A DNA stretch of 64,000 nt, taken from positions 83,931 through 147,930 of the forward strand of contig CAZNRD010000001.1 of NCBI GenBank assembly GCA_964575425.1, given 5' to 3'. A model generated the notes under the pieces. It did not search any database, had not been told where the DNA came from, and saw only the letters and a program-made list of their open reading frames with translations. Of this stretch, positions 51,970 through 60,624 are shown one piece after another (position 1 is the first letter of the stretch; each line of letters begins with the position of its first letter). The position numbers were made by a program, and so were the translations under genes. The DNA is from an uncultured Anaerolineaceae bacterium (GTDB lineage Bacteria > Chloroflexota > Anaerolineae > Anaerolineales > E44-bin32).

Positions 51970-53355
51970 TCAGCTGCCCGCAAGCAGCGAGGCCGAAGGC
52001 GGCGCTTCCGGCACTGCCTCCACGACGGTTGCTCCCTTCCGGGCGTACTGCGCCATGAGGTAGACCGCAGCGGCCATCAACACACCATACAGCAAAGCGA
52101 AGACGGCCAGCGTGGTGGCCACCATTGCGCCGGTTACCGAAGGCGACACGGCATCCTCGATGCGCATCACCCCATAGACGACCCAGGGGAAGCGGCCCGT
52201 CTCGGTGAGCAGCCATCCGGCTGTTGCCGCCAGGTATGGGAGGCCGATGGCATAGGGGAAGATCCCCAGCGAGCGTGGCGCGTGTTCCAGCTTCCCCGCT
52301 CCTGCAAGCGACAGGGCATAGGCCGCCAGCGCCACCATCGCCAGCCCTGCGCCAACCATCATGCGGAACCCCCAGTACGTGATCCAGACTGGCGGAACGT
52401 AGTCGCCCGGGCCGAAGCGAGCCTCGAATTCCGCATGCAGGTCGTTGATGCCCTGCACTGCGCCCGAAAGCCTGTTGTAGGCAAGTAGGCTGAGCAGCCG
52501 CGGAATCCGGAGGGCGAAGAGCTCACGCCTTCCCTGCCAATCGAAGATCGTGATCAGCGAGAACGAGGCCGGGTCCTCCGTTTTGAAAAGGCCTTCGGCC
52601 GCGGCCATCTTCATCGGCTGAGTCCCGACCATGTGCTGCGCCTGGGCATGCCCAGTGACGCCGATCAGCAGAACGGGCACAAGACCTACCAGCGCCGCGA
52701 TTCGGAACGAAGGCAGGAAAATCTCCTGCTGCGAACGGCGCAGCAGGTGATACGCGCTGATTCCCAGGACGAAGAAGACCCCGGTGGCAAGGCTGCTCAT
52801 CAACACATGCGGGAACTGAAGCCATACATTCGGATTCGAGAGCAGCGCCAGGAAATCCGTCATCACCGCCCTGCCACCCTCGATCGCGTAACCCACCGGC
52901 TGCTGCATGAACGAGTTTGCAATCAGAATCCAAAGGGCCGACAGACTTGAGGCGAGCGCCACCAGCCAGATCGATGCCAGATGGATCTTGCGCGGCAGCC
53001 TGTCCCAGCCAAAGATCCAGACCCCGAGGAAGGTCGACTCCAGGAAGAAAGCCAGCAACGCCTCAATGGCGAGCGGCGCGCCGAAGACATCCCCCACGAA
53101 GCGCGAGTACTCCGACCAGTTCATGCCGAACTGGAATTCCAGCACGATCCCTGTCACGACACCCATGGCGAAGTTGATGACGAACAACTTGCCCCAGAAC
53201 TTCGTCACGGTGCGAAACACGGCCCGGCCGCTGGCGACGTAGAGGGTTTCCATGATGACCAGCAGCCAGGCCAGACCGATCGTCAGCGGCGCGAAAAAGA
53301 AATGGTAGACCGTGGTGATGGCGAACTGCCAACGAGCAAGCGCAAGCGCGTCCAT
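51970..53355 (-). CDS. cydA: Cytochrome bd ubiquinol oxidase subunit I
   Basis: MDALALARWQFAITTVYHFFFAPLTIGL.... ATG at 53355 lies 6 nt after GGAGGA. The ORF is open to 53376. Confidence 0.9.
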   Translation of the reverse strand: MDALALARWQFAITTVYHFFFAPLTIGLAWLLVIMETLYVASGRAVFRTVTKFWGKLFVINFAMGVVTGIVLEFQFGMNWSEYSRFVGDVFGAPLAIEALLAFFLESTFLGVWIFGWDRLPRKIHLASIWLVALASSLSALWILIANSFMQQPVGYAIEGGRAVMTDFLALLSNPNVWLQFPHVLMSSLATGVFFVLGISAYHLLRRSQQEIFLPSFRIAALVGLVPVLLIGVTGHAQAQHMVGTQPMKMAAAEGLFKTEDPASFSLITIFDWQGRRELFALRIPRLLSLLAYNRLSGAVQGINDLHAEFEARFGPGDYVPPVWITYWGFRMMVGAGLAMVALAAYALSLAGAGKLEHAPRSLGIFPYAIGLPYLAATAGWLLTETGRFPWVVYGVMRIEDAVSPSVTGAMVATTLAVFALLYGVLMAAAVYLMAQYARKGATVVEAVPEAPPSASLLAGS

Positions 53356-53387
53356 ACTCATTCCTCCAACCTGCACGCGATGTGCGG

Positions 53388-53852
53388 CTACCCTGCAATC
53401 GGCTCACGCGCAGCCCGGACAAGTCCCGGTTCCCGGGATAGCCTCTCACCTTCTGCCACCAATGCCGCCAAGGTGATCTCCTCCAGCGCCTCCATCAGGA
53501 TCCGCTGCACGCCAGCAAGGGCACTGTGCGCGGGGCAAGTCTCGGCTCGAGGGCATTCCTGCGGCCGGATCAAACACATGTTGAGCGCGATCGGCCCTTC
53601 GACGGCTTCGATAATGCGGCGCACCGTGATGGTAGACGCCTGGTCGCCAAGCACCAGCCCCCCTTTCGGACCGGCTCGCGTCCGCACCAGGCCTGCTTGC
53701 ACCAAGTCCGCTGTAAGCTTGTGCAGGAACGGGAGAGGTACGTTCATCCGACGGCCGATATCGTCTGCCGTGGTCCACATTCCGTCCGCCTGGCGGCCGA
53801 GCGCCAGGAGAACCCGGATAGCATAGTCGGCCTTGCGACTGATCTGGAACAC
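53388..53852 (-). CDS. Rrf2 family transcriptional regulator (probable Fe-S cluster ligands)
   Basis: The GTG at 53852 (or 53855) gives MFQISRKADYAIRVLLALG..., the canonical Rrf2 N-terminus. C-x6-C-x5-C (CLIRPQECPRAETC). The ORF track's longer N-terminus (to 54110) has no homology. Confidence 0.75.
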   Translation of the reverse strand: MFQISRKADYAIRVLLALGRQADGMWTTADDIGRRMNVPLPFLHKLTADLVQAGLVRTRAGPKGGLVLGDQASTITVRRIIEAVEGPIALNMCLIRPQECPRAETCPAHSALAGVQRILMEALEEITLAALVAEGERLSREPGLVRAAREPIAG

Positions 53853-53874
53853 CACCGAGCCCTGAGGGAAAACG

Positions 53875-53891
53875 TTGACCAGCTTGGTCAA
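53875..53891. repeat. Perfect 7-3-7 inverted repeat TTGACCA-GCT-TGGTCAA (candidate Rrf2 operator)
   Basis: Read directly from the sequence. It lies immediately downstream of the putative rrf2-cyd promoter -10 box. Confidence 0.5.
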
Positions 53892-53895
53892 GGTT

Positions 53896-53924
53896 ATTCT
53901 AGCCATCCCAGGATTGCCCGACAA
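53896..53924 (-). promoter_or_regulatory. Putative promoter of the rrf2-cydABDC operon (TTGTCG-17 nt-TAGAAT on the minus strand)
   Basis: The reverse complement of 53919-53924 is TTGTCG and of 53896-53901 is TAGAAT, with a 17-nt spacer. A second inverted repeat GTGAC-AGAA-GTCAC at 53925-53938 abuts the -35. Confidence 0.4.
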
Positions 53925-54024
53925 GTGACAGAAGTCACACTTGACCGATCCGCTCCAATCCCCCCTCAGTCCCACCCGGTTCAGCCCGACCCTGGACGCA
54001 TCGACTATGATAAACTGACCTTCG

Positions 54025-54990
54025 ATGGAAGCCACCGCGGTCGCCAGCCCCAACATCGCCTTCATCAAGTACTGGGGGAATCGGGATGAGAGACTACGCC
54101 TGCCTGCCAACGGCTCGATTTCCCTGACCCTTGATCCCCTTCAAACCCGCGTCCGCGTCCACTTCGACTCCGCCCTCTTGACCGACCGCGTTGTCATCCA
54201 GGGAACGGCGGCACCTCCCGAGGCTGCCGCTCGCGTCGGGGCCCACCTGGACCTTGTGCGGGAGTTGGCCGGCCTGCACCTCCCCGCCCTCGTTGAGAGC
54301 CAAAGCAACTTCTCTCAGGGTGTTGGCCTCGCCTCCTCAGCCTCCGCTTTCGCCGCTCTCACCAGAGCCGCGGCTGCCGCCGCCGGCCTCGAGCTCGACC
54401 CTCACGCCCTCTCGCGCCTGGCCCGGCGCGGTTCGGGTTCTGCCTGCCGATCCATCTTCGGGGGCTTCGTCCAGTGGCACGCGGGACTGGACGACTCCTC
54501 ATCGTTCGCCGAACCGATCGCGCCACCCGAACACTGGATTCTGGCGGACCTCATCGCCATCGTCGAGACGGGGCACAAGGCCGTCGGCTCGACCGCCGGC
54601 CACGCGCTGGCGGCGACGAGCCCTTTGCAGGCGGCCCGCGTTGCCGATGCCCCTCGGCGTCTCAGCGAATGCCGTCGCGCCATTCTGGAGCGCGACTTCC
54701 AGCGGTTGGCCTATGTGGCCGAGCAGGACAGCAACCTGATGCATGCGGTCATGCTGACCAGCACGCCCTCCCTTCTCTACTGGGCTCCGGCAACAATCGC
54801 CGTCATCCAGGCGGTGCTGCAGGCGCGCCGGGCCGGGATCGAGGTGTTCTACACCATCGACGCCGGCCCAAACGTCCACTGCCTGTGCCCCGTTGAGTCG
54901 GCCGAGGCCGTCGAGCAAGTGCTCGGGCGGCTGCCAGGCGTGCAACGCATCCTGCGGTGCCAGCCCGGCGGCCCGGCAAGGCTCCTCTGA
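54025..54990 (+). CDS. mvaD: Diphosphomevalonate decarboxylase family protein (MDD or phosphomevalonate decarboxylase)
   Basis: 321 aa: SPNIAFIKYWGNRD and GSGSACRS (GHMP kinase-fold motifs). Confidence 0.85.
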   Translation: MEATAVASPNIAFIKYWGNRDERLRLPANGSISLTLDPLQTRVRVHFDSALLTDRVVIQGTAAPPEAAARVGAHLDLVRELAGLHLPALVESQSNFSQGVGLASSASAFAALTRAAAAAAGLELDPHALSRLARRGSGSACRSIFGGFVQWHAGLDDSSSFAEPIAPPEHWILADLIAIVETGHKAVGSTAGHALAATSPLQAARVADAPRRLSECRRAILERDFQRLAYVAEQDSNLMHAVMLTSTPSLLYWAPATIAVIQAVLQARRAGIEVFYTIDAGPNVHCLCPVESAEAVEQVLGRLPGVQRILRCQPGGPARLL

Positions 54991-55015
54991 CCGCCGCAAT
55001 GGCACTCGGCCGGGA

Positions 55016-55021
55016 TATAAT
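55016..55021 (+). promoter_or_regulatory. TATAAT box upstream of the site-2 protease gene
   Basis: CCGGGATATAATCCCCC, 39 nt upstream of the ATG at 55060. Confidence 0.3.
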
Positions 55022-55059
55022 CCCCCCCGGAGATCTACATCGGATGCAGACGCCGATTT

Positions 55060-56124
55060 ATGAGGACGGTTGACTTGGCCGACGCGGTTGTTTTTGTGGT
55101 GATCGCCGGAACCTTGATCCTAGGGCATGAGCTGGGCCACCTACTGATTGCCCGCTGGCGCGGCGTCGCTGTGACTGAGTTCGGAATCGGTTTCCCACCG
55201 CGACTGATCCGCCTGGGAACGGTCGGCGGCACGCTCATCTCGCTCAACGCCATCCCCTTCGGCGGGTTCGTGCGCATTGCTGGCGAAGACAATCCGGACG
55301 TGCCCGGGGGCCTCGCGGGTGCCAGCAAGACGACCCGTACCCTGGTCCTTCTCGGGGGCATCCTTGCCAATCTCTTCATCGGCTACCTGGCCTTCTCCGC
55401 CGCGTATCGATTTGCTGCCCCCGATCCTGAGCGCGTGCTCATCACAGCGGTGCAGCCCAATTCGCCGGCGGCACTGGCCGGCATACAGCCTGGTGACGTC
55501 ATCGTCTCAGTGGACGGTGAGCCGATTCGCAACATCACCGGCATGCAGCAAGCCATTGCCGCGCGGCTCGGGGACCCGGTCACAATCACCGTTGAACGGC
55601 AGGAAGAGGCCGTGCAGGTTACGCTGACCCCTCGCCCCACCCCGCCCGAGGGGGAGGGGCCGATTGGCGTCTTGCTCGGCAACCCGACCCGACGTGTGGG
55701 GACGTTCGAAGCCCTTCGCCTCGGCGCACAGTCGATGGCCTATCAGTTCACTGAGCTGCTCCTCCTGCCGGGCCGCCTGCTGCGTGGCGAGGTGGCGGGC
55801 GACCAGGTGAGGCTGACCGGCATCAAAGGCATCTACGACATGGTCTCCTGGGCCGGCGAGATTGACCGCTCGAACCAACGGCCCTTCCTCACGCTGCAGC
55901 TGGCCGGCCTGATCAGCGTCGGGCTGGCAATCACCAACCTGCTCCCCATCCCGGCGCTCGACGGTGGAAGGCTGGTGTTCGTGTTGTTCGAGATCGTGTT
56001 TCGCCGCCGCGTCGCCCCTCGCTTCGAAGGGCTGGTGCACGCCATCGGGTTCGCCTTCCTCATCGGCCTGATGGTCTACATCACGGTCCAGGACGTGGTG
56101 AATCCGATCCCGCTTCCCCGCTGA
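55060..56124 (+). CDS. rseP: RseP-like M50 site-2 intramembrane metalloprotease with PDZ domain
   Basis: HELGHLLIARW (HExxH), PDZ region (VQPNSPAALAGIQPGDVIVSVDGEP), NLLPIPALDGG. Confidence 0.85.
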   Translation: MRTVDLADAVVFVVIAGTLILGHELGHLLIARWRGVAVTEFGIGFPPRLIRLGTVGGTLISLNAIPFGGFVRIAGEDNPDVPGGLAGASKTTRTLVLLGGILANLFIGYLAFSAAYRFAAPDPERVLITAVQPNSPAALAGIQPGDVIVSVDGEPIRNITGMQQAIAARLGDPVTITVERQEEAVQVTLTPRPTPPEGEGPIGVLLGNPTRRVGTFEALRLGAQSMAYQFTELLLLPGRLLRGEVAGDQVRLTGIKGIYDMVSWAGEIDRSNQRPFLTLQLAGLISVGLAITNLLPIPALDGGRLVFVLFEIVFRRRVAPRFEGLVHAIGFAFLIGLMVYITVQDVVNPIPLPR

Positions 56125-56136
56125 GAGGTTCCGCTC

Positions 56137-57081
56137 ATGGCGTTGGACGACTTGCTGGCGCTCATTCAAGACCCGGAGCGATCGCTTCCGCTGCATCGAC
56201 TGGCGGAGCTGAGCGATCTTGATGCGTCGCAGATGGACAAGGTGCGCGCCGCCTGGGAAGGTATTCCCAGCGGCCGGCGGCAGAGGCTCGTTGCCGAAAT
56301 GGCGCGCCTGGCCGATGAGCACATCGAGCTCACCTTTGAACGCATCAACCGTCTGGCCATGGCTGATCCCGACCCAGAGGTGCGGCGCCAGGCGATCTGC
56401 AATTTGTGGGAGTGCGAGAATCCGGACTTGGTGCCCCCTCTCCTTCACGTCGTGACGGAGGACCCGCAGGAGGCTGTGCGCGGTGCCGCAGCTTCGGCCC
56501 TGGGAGCTTTCGTCCTGATGGGCGAAGTCGAGGCCATTCCCTCCTCTCTCCTGCGCCGGATCGAGGACAGCCTGCTCCAGGCAGCGCAGCAGGACCCGTC
56601 GGCGATAGTGCGCCGGGCATCGATCGAGTCCTTGGGGTACTCGTCCCGGTCTGAGGTACCAGCGCTGATCAAGGCTGCCTACGCGTCCCCAGAGGAGGCT
56701 TCTAGGCGCTCGGCCCTCTTGGCAATGGGTCGCTCCGCCGACAAGCCATGGTCCGCTCAAGTCCTCGCGGAATTGAACAGCCCTTCGCCGGTCCTGCGCC
56801 TGGAGGCCGCGCGCGCTGCCGGCGAGCTCGAGCTGCACGAAGCGGTCGCGGTGCTCATCGATCTGCTGGAAGACGTCGACGACGCCGTGCGCCGGGCCGC
56901 GATCTGGTCCCTGGGGCAACTTGGCGGCAAGGAAGCCAATGAGGCGCTTTACCGCCTGCTCGAATCGGCCGAAGATGAGAGCGAGGCCGAGCTGCTCGAG
57001 GACGCGCTGGAGAACCTGGCGTTCGTCGACGGGACGCGCGACTTCCTGATGTTCGACTTTGACCAGCCAGACGGCAACTAG
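56137..57081 (+). CDS. HEAT-repeat (PBS-lyase HEAT-like) protein
   Basis: 314 aa with repeated D.(D/E)..VR..A..(S/A)LG units (DPEVRRQAICNLWE, DAVRRAAIWSLGQLG). Confidence 0.75.
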   Translation: MALDDLLALIQDPERSLPLHRLAELSDLDASQMDKVRAAWEGIPSGRRQRLVAEMARLADEHIELTFERINRLAMADPDPEVRRQAICNLWECENPDLVPPLLHVVTEDPQEAVRGAAASALGAFVLMGEVEAIPSSLLRRIEDSLLQAAQQDPSAIVRRASIESLGYSSRSEVPALIKAAYASPEEASRRSALLAMGRSADKPWSAQVLAELNSPSPVLRLEAARAAGELELHEAVAVLIDLLEDVDDAVRRAAIWSLGQLGGKEANEALYRLLESAEDESEAELLEDALENLAFVDGTRDFLMFDFDQPDGN

Positions 57082-57120
57082 ACGCGGCCAATCGCCGCGC
57101 AGCAACTCGCGCCCCCCGCC

Positions 57121-57648
57121 ATGTCACCCCTCGTGCTCGACCTGGAGACGCAGCGCCTGGCCCAGGAGGTTGGAGGCTGGGCGCATGTGGAACTCCTGGG
57201 GCTGGCCGTTGCCGTCACCTTGGATGTCGAAGCCGGCACCGTGCGCCGCTTCGTGGAGGCAGACGCTCCGCAGCTCGTGCGGCATCTGAGCCGCGCTGAC
57301 GCAATCATCGGCTACAACGTGCTTCGCTTCGACTTCGCGGTGCTGCGCCCCTATGGCTTTCAGCCCGAAGGCATTGCCACCATTGACCTGCTCGACCATC
57401 TCTACCGCCGCCTTGGCTTCCATGTAGCGCTGGACAACGTTGCCAATGCCACGCTCGGCGAACAGAAGTCCGCGGATGGAATCCAGGCCGTCACCTGGTT
57501 TCGCCAGGGCGAGCTGGAGAAAGTGTTTGCCTACTGCGAGTCGGATGCTCGGCTGACTCATCGGCTGTGGGAACACGGACGGAACAATCGCTCGGTGCGG
57601 TTCCGCGACCGCGACTTTCGACTGCGCCAGGTCCCCGTCAGCTGGTGA
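57121..57648 (+). CDS. RNase H-fold 3'-5' exonuclease-like (DEDDy-type) protein
   Basis: 175 aa. LVLDLETQ (Exo I), IIGYNVLRFDFAVL (Exo II), YCESDARL (Exo III-like Y-x3-D). Confidence 0.55.
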   Translation: MSPLVLDLETQRLAQEVGGWAHVELLGLAVAVTLDVEAGTVRRFVEADAPQLVRHLSRADAIIGYNVLRFDFAVLRPYGFQPEGIATIDLLDHLYRRLGFHVALDNVANATLGEQKSADGIQAVTWFRQGELEKVFAYCESDARLTHRLWEHGRNNRSVRFRDRDFRLRQVPVSW

Positions 57649-57677
57649 GGACGATGCCCTACGGCCACGGGCACTGA

Positions 57678-58001
57678 GTGCCAGGGGAGAGATTCGGCAC
57701 CACTCAGGAGGCAGCGCTGCTCCAGCCGGCGCGGCTGCATGTCATCGTGCGCGGTCTTGTGCAAGGCGTCGGTTTTCGCTACTATACGATCGAAGCTGCC
57801 CACCGCCTGGGGCTGATGAGCTGGGTGCGCAACAACAGGGATGGAAGCGTGGAGGCCCTCGCCGAGGGCGACCGGACGCAGCTCAAGCAGTGGCTGGAAG
57901 CCCTGCGGCGCGGTCCCAAAGGTGCACGCGTGACCGACGTGGAGACGACGTGGGGCACAGCATCAGCAGAGTTCCACGCCTTCACCTTGCGTCACGGCTG
58001 A
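57678..58001 (+). CDS. acyP: Acylphosphatase
   Basis: VRGLVQGVGFRYY and WVRNNRDGSVE motifs. GTG start without an obvious ribosome-binding site, so the start is uncertain. Confidence 0.8.
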   Translation: MPGERFGTTQEAALLQPARLHVIVRGLVQGVGFRYYTIEAAHRLGLMSWVRNNRDGSVEALAEGDRTQLKQWLEALRRGPKGARVTDVETTWGTASAEFHAFTLRHG

Positions 58002-58057
58002 GCGTACCAACAAGGGACACGTCACGAGTCAGCGGTCAGGGGGTCGGAGGCAGGAAG

Positions 58058-58906
58058 ATGATGAAGTCGCTTCTGAGGCTGTCGGTGGCGCTGCTTCTGG
58101 CGGCGCTGGCTTGCTCGCCGACCATCCGCATCCCGGCCGTCGAAACGGGTCCCACCGAAACAATTCGCATCCTTGAGCCGCCTCCATCGGCGGGCAAGAC
58201 GATGGAGGTGGAGATCCGGATGGGTGCTGGCAGCCTGGAGCTTTTGGGCGGCGGCGCAGCGCTGATGGAAGGCACAATCGAGTTCAACGTCTCGCAGTGG
58301 CGGCCGGAGATTCGCCGGCGAGGGAGCAGTCTCACGCTGGAGCAGAACACGCCCGACCCGGCCGTCACCCTAGGCCAAGATGTCGTCAACCGATGGAGTC
58401 TCCGCCTTGGCAAGACACCGATACGGCTGCGCCTTCAGGCCGGCGCGTACTCTGCTCGAATGGACTTCACCGGTGTCAGCCTGACGAGCCTGTCCATCGA
58501 AGATGGCGCCAGCGACGCCACGGTCGAGTTCCGCTCCCCCAACCCGGCGCGCATGACGCTCCTGTCGTACAAGACCGGCGCCTCGTCGGTCACCATGATG
58601 GGCCTCGGCAACGCCAACTTCGACGAGATGCGCTTCGACGGCGGGGCCGGCAGCTATTTGCTGGATTTCACCGGGAGCCTGCAGCGCGCCGCGGTGGCCC
58701 GAGTCCGCGCCGGGGTGAGTGCAGTCCGGATCGAGATCCCAGAGGGGACCTCCTGCGAAATCTTCATCAGCGGCGGTCTGACCGACGTGACGACCATCGG
58801 GAGGTGGACGCAGACCGCAGAGGTCTATCGCAGCCAGGGCGAGGGGCCAGCCCTCACGATCTACCTCGACATGGGCCTGGGGAGCCTGACCCTCGTTTCG
58901 AAGTAA
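58058..58906 (+). CDS. Putative lipoprotein, beta-rich (toastrack / DUF2154-DUF4097-like)
   Basis: The ATG at 58058 follows GGAGGCAGGAAG. Lipobox-like LLAALACS. Repeated short beta-strand units (GAGSLELLGG, GASSVTMMGLG, GLGSLTLV). Confidence 0.55.
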   Translation: MMKSLLRLSVALLLAALACSPTIRIPAVETGPTETIRILEPPPSAGKTMEVEIRMGAGSLELLGGGAALMEGTIEFNVSQWRPEIRRRGSSLTLEQNTPDPAVTLGQDVVNRWSLRLGKTPIRLRLQAGAYSARMDFTGVSLTSLSIEDGASDATVEFRSPNPARMTLLSYKTGASSVTMMGLGNANFDEMRFDGGAGSYLLDFTGSLQRAAVARVRAGVSAVRIEIPEGTSCEIFISGGLTDVTTIGRWTQTAEVYRSQGEGPALTIYLDMGLGSLTLVSK

Positions 58907-58930
58907 CGACGGCAAGCGGGTTGGGGGAGG

Positions 58931-60568
58931 TCAGCGCAGCCGGGTGCCAAGGATGGCCGCGACCGGCGCGTCTCGTCTACCGTTTCTGCGCCAGACGATG
59001 TCCTGATGCCCGTCGGCCGAAGACAGTGCAAAGGCGAAGGCCGCTGCCACCCCCGGAAGCCCCTCCAGGCGTCGCAAGAAGGCAAGGTATTCCTGCCCCT
59101 TCCGTTGGTCGGTGACAGAAGTCGCGAGGTTGGCAAACTCCGTGACGAGCAGCAGTCTGTCCGGAAAGCGGAGACGGTACTCTTCCGCCAGCAGGCCGCC
59201 GCGCAGCGAAACGTACTCGGCAGCGGACGACCAGTAGCTGTGCAGCCCAACCCAATCCGCGCAGGCTGCAGCCTCCTCCGCCTCATCGAGGAAGGACTGT
59301 GCATCGGCGCGCTGCCCCGAGACACGATTGCCCGGCGACAGACCGGGGAAGCCGAACTTGCACTCCGGGAAGTCCTGCCGAAGGCGTTCGACCACCTCAA
59401 CAAACCAGGCGGCGAAGTCCGCCCCTGATTTCCAGGACCGCTGCCAGCCTTCAATCTGGAGATTGGGTGAACCGTGAACCTCGAAGTAGCGGAGACCGAG
59501 CCGGCTCAACTTCGCAAGGTCAGGCTTCACCGCTTCGACGAAGAAAGTTGGGGAGACCGCGTCGGAGGCGAAGACCGTGGTCAGCCGGGCCATCAGGAAC
59601 AGGGACGGATGGAGGGCCTGCAGCCGCTCTATCGTCCCGGGGTCCTCGTCCTGAGCGATCAGCAGGGCTTCCAGTTTCGCCTGGGCCACCGCCTCCAGAT
59701 CGGCCTCCTCCAGCCTGCCCCCAACCCGACCGACGGCGCCCAGCAGGCATCGGCCGGCGGGCCAATCAAAATCCGCCAGTTCCCGCGGCAACGCTTTGCC
59801 CATCCTTCGCTCGGGCCAGACGAGATATGGCGTTGGGTCGAGGATGTCGCGCGGGTAGGTGGTTTCGCCGCGTTCGGTAGCGCCGTCACGCTTCAGGGTC
59901 AGGTGCAGGTGGGCGCCTGTCGAGTTGCCGGTGGAGTCCGCCTTGGCGATCAGCTGCCCAGCCTTCACGGCCTCTCCCACGGATACCAGGGGCTTCTTCA
60001 GGTGGGCGTAGATCGTGCGGTAACCATCGCGGTGCCGCAGCCGTACGTGTATGCCATACGGATGGCCCCACGCATGAGGCCAGATTTCGTAGACCGTCCC
60101 ATCGGCACAGGCGTAGACGTTGGCGTTCGTAAGGGCGCGGATGTCGACGCCCTCATGGCCGGGCAGATCCCAGCGACGGTAGATTCTGGGATTCGCACCG
60201 AATTTCTGGGTGATGACGGGGAAGTCCGTCGGCCACACGAGCCTGAACTGGCGCCGCGCCTGACCGTAGCGGTCCTTCTCCTCGACGCGCTTCTTGAGTT
60301 CCGCCTGTAGCGCTTCCGGGGTCGAGGCCTCGATCGGGTCGAGGCGGACCGCGGGGTGATGCGCGCTGAACCATGTCCGGAGATCGCCGCACTCGGGGTA
60401 GCCGTCCGGGACGAGGGGGAAGCTCACGACCTGCCGCGGCTCCATGTAGCGGCCGGCAGTTTCGGGGTCCGGTGTGATGTTCGCGCCGAAGGTCAGGATG
60501 TATTCCCTGCAGGCCTGGATCCACGTCCAGTAGTCTTGCCTGGGGAGGAGGATGATCTGGAATTCCAT
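58931..60568 (-). CDS. M23 (LytM-type) peptidase domain fused to a C-terminal TIM-barrel glycosidase-like region
   Basis: 545 aa. HEGVDI...DSTGNSTGAHLHL (M23 HxxxD/HxH). The C-terminal ~280 aa contains YFEVHGSPN, HSYW and LLVTEFAN (clan GH-A-like nucleophile context). Confidence 0.7.
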   Translation of the reverse strand: MEFQIILLPRQDYWTWIQACREYILTFGANITPDPETAGRYMEPRQVVSFPLVPDGYPECGDLRTWFSAHHPAVRLDPIEASTPEALQAELKKRVEEKDRYGQARRQFRLVWPTDFPVITQKFGANPRIYRRWDLPGHEGVDIRALTNANVYACADGTVYEIWPHAWGHPYGIHVRLRHRDGYRTIYAHLKKPLVSVGEAVKAGQLIAKADSTGNSTGAHLHLTLKRDGATERGETTYPRDILDPTPYLVWPERRMGKALPRELADFDWPAGRCLLGAVGRVGGRLEEADLEAVAQAKLEALLIAQDEDPGTIERLQALHPSLFLMARLTTVFASDAVSPTFFVEAVKPDLAKLSRLGLRYFEVHGSPNLQIEGWQRSWKSGADFAAWFVEVVERLRQDFPECKFGFPGLSPGNRVSGQRADAQSFLDEAEEAAACADWVGLHSYWSSAAEYVSLRGGLLAEEYRLRFPDRLLLVTEFANLATSVTDQRKGQEYLAFLRRLEGLPGVAAAFAFALSSADGHQDIVWRRNGRRDAPVAAILGTRLR

Positions 60569-60624
60569 CGGCGCTGCCTCCGGGTGCCGATGGATGCACG
60601 ATCGATGCCAGAGATGCCTGGCGC

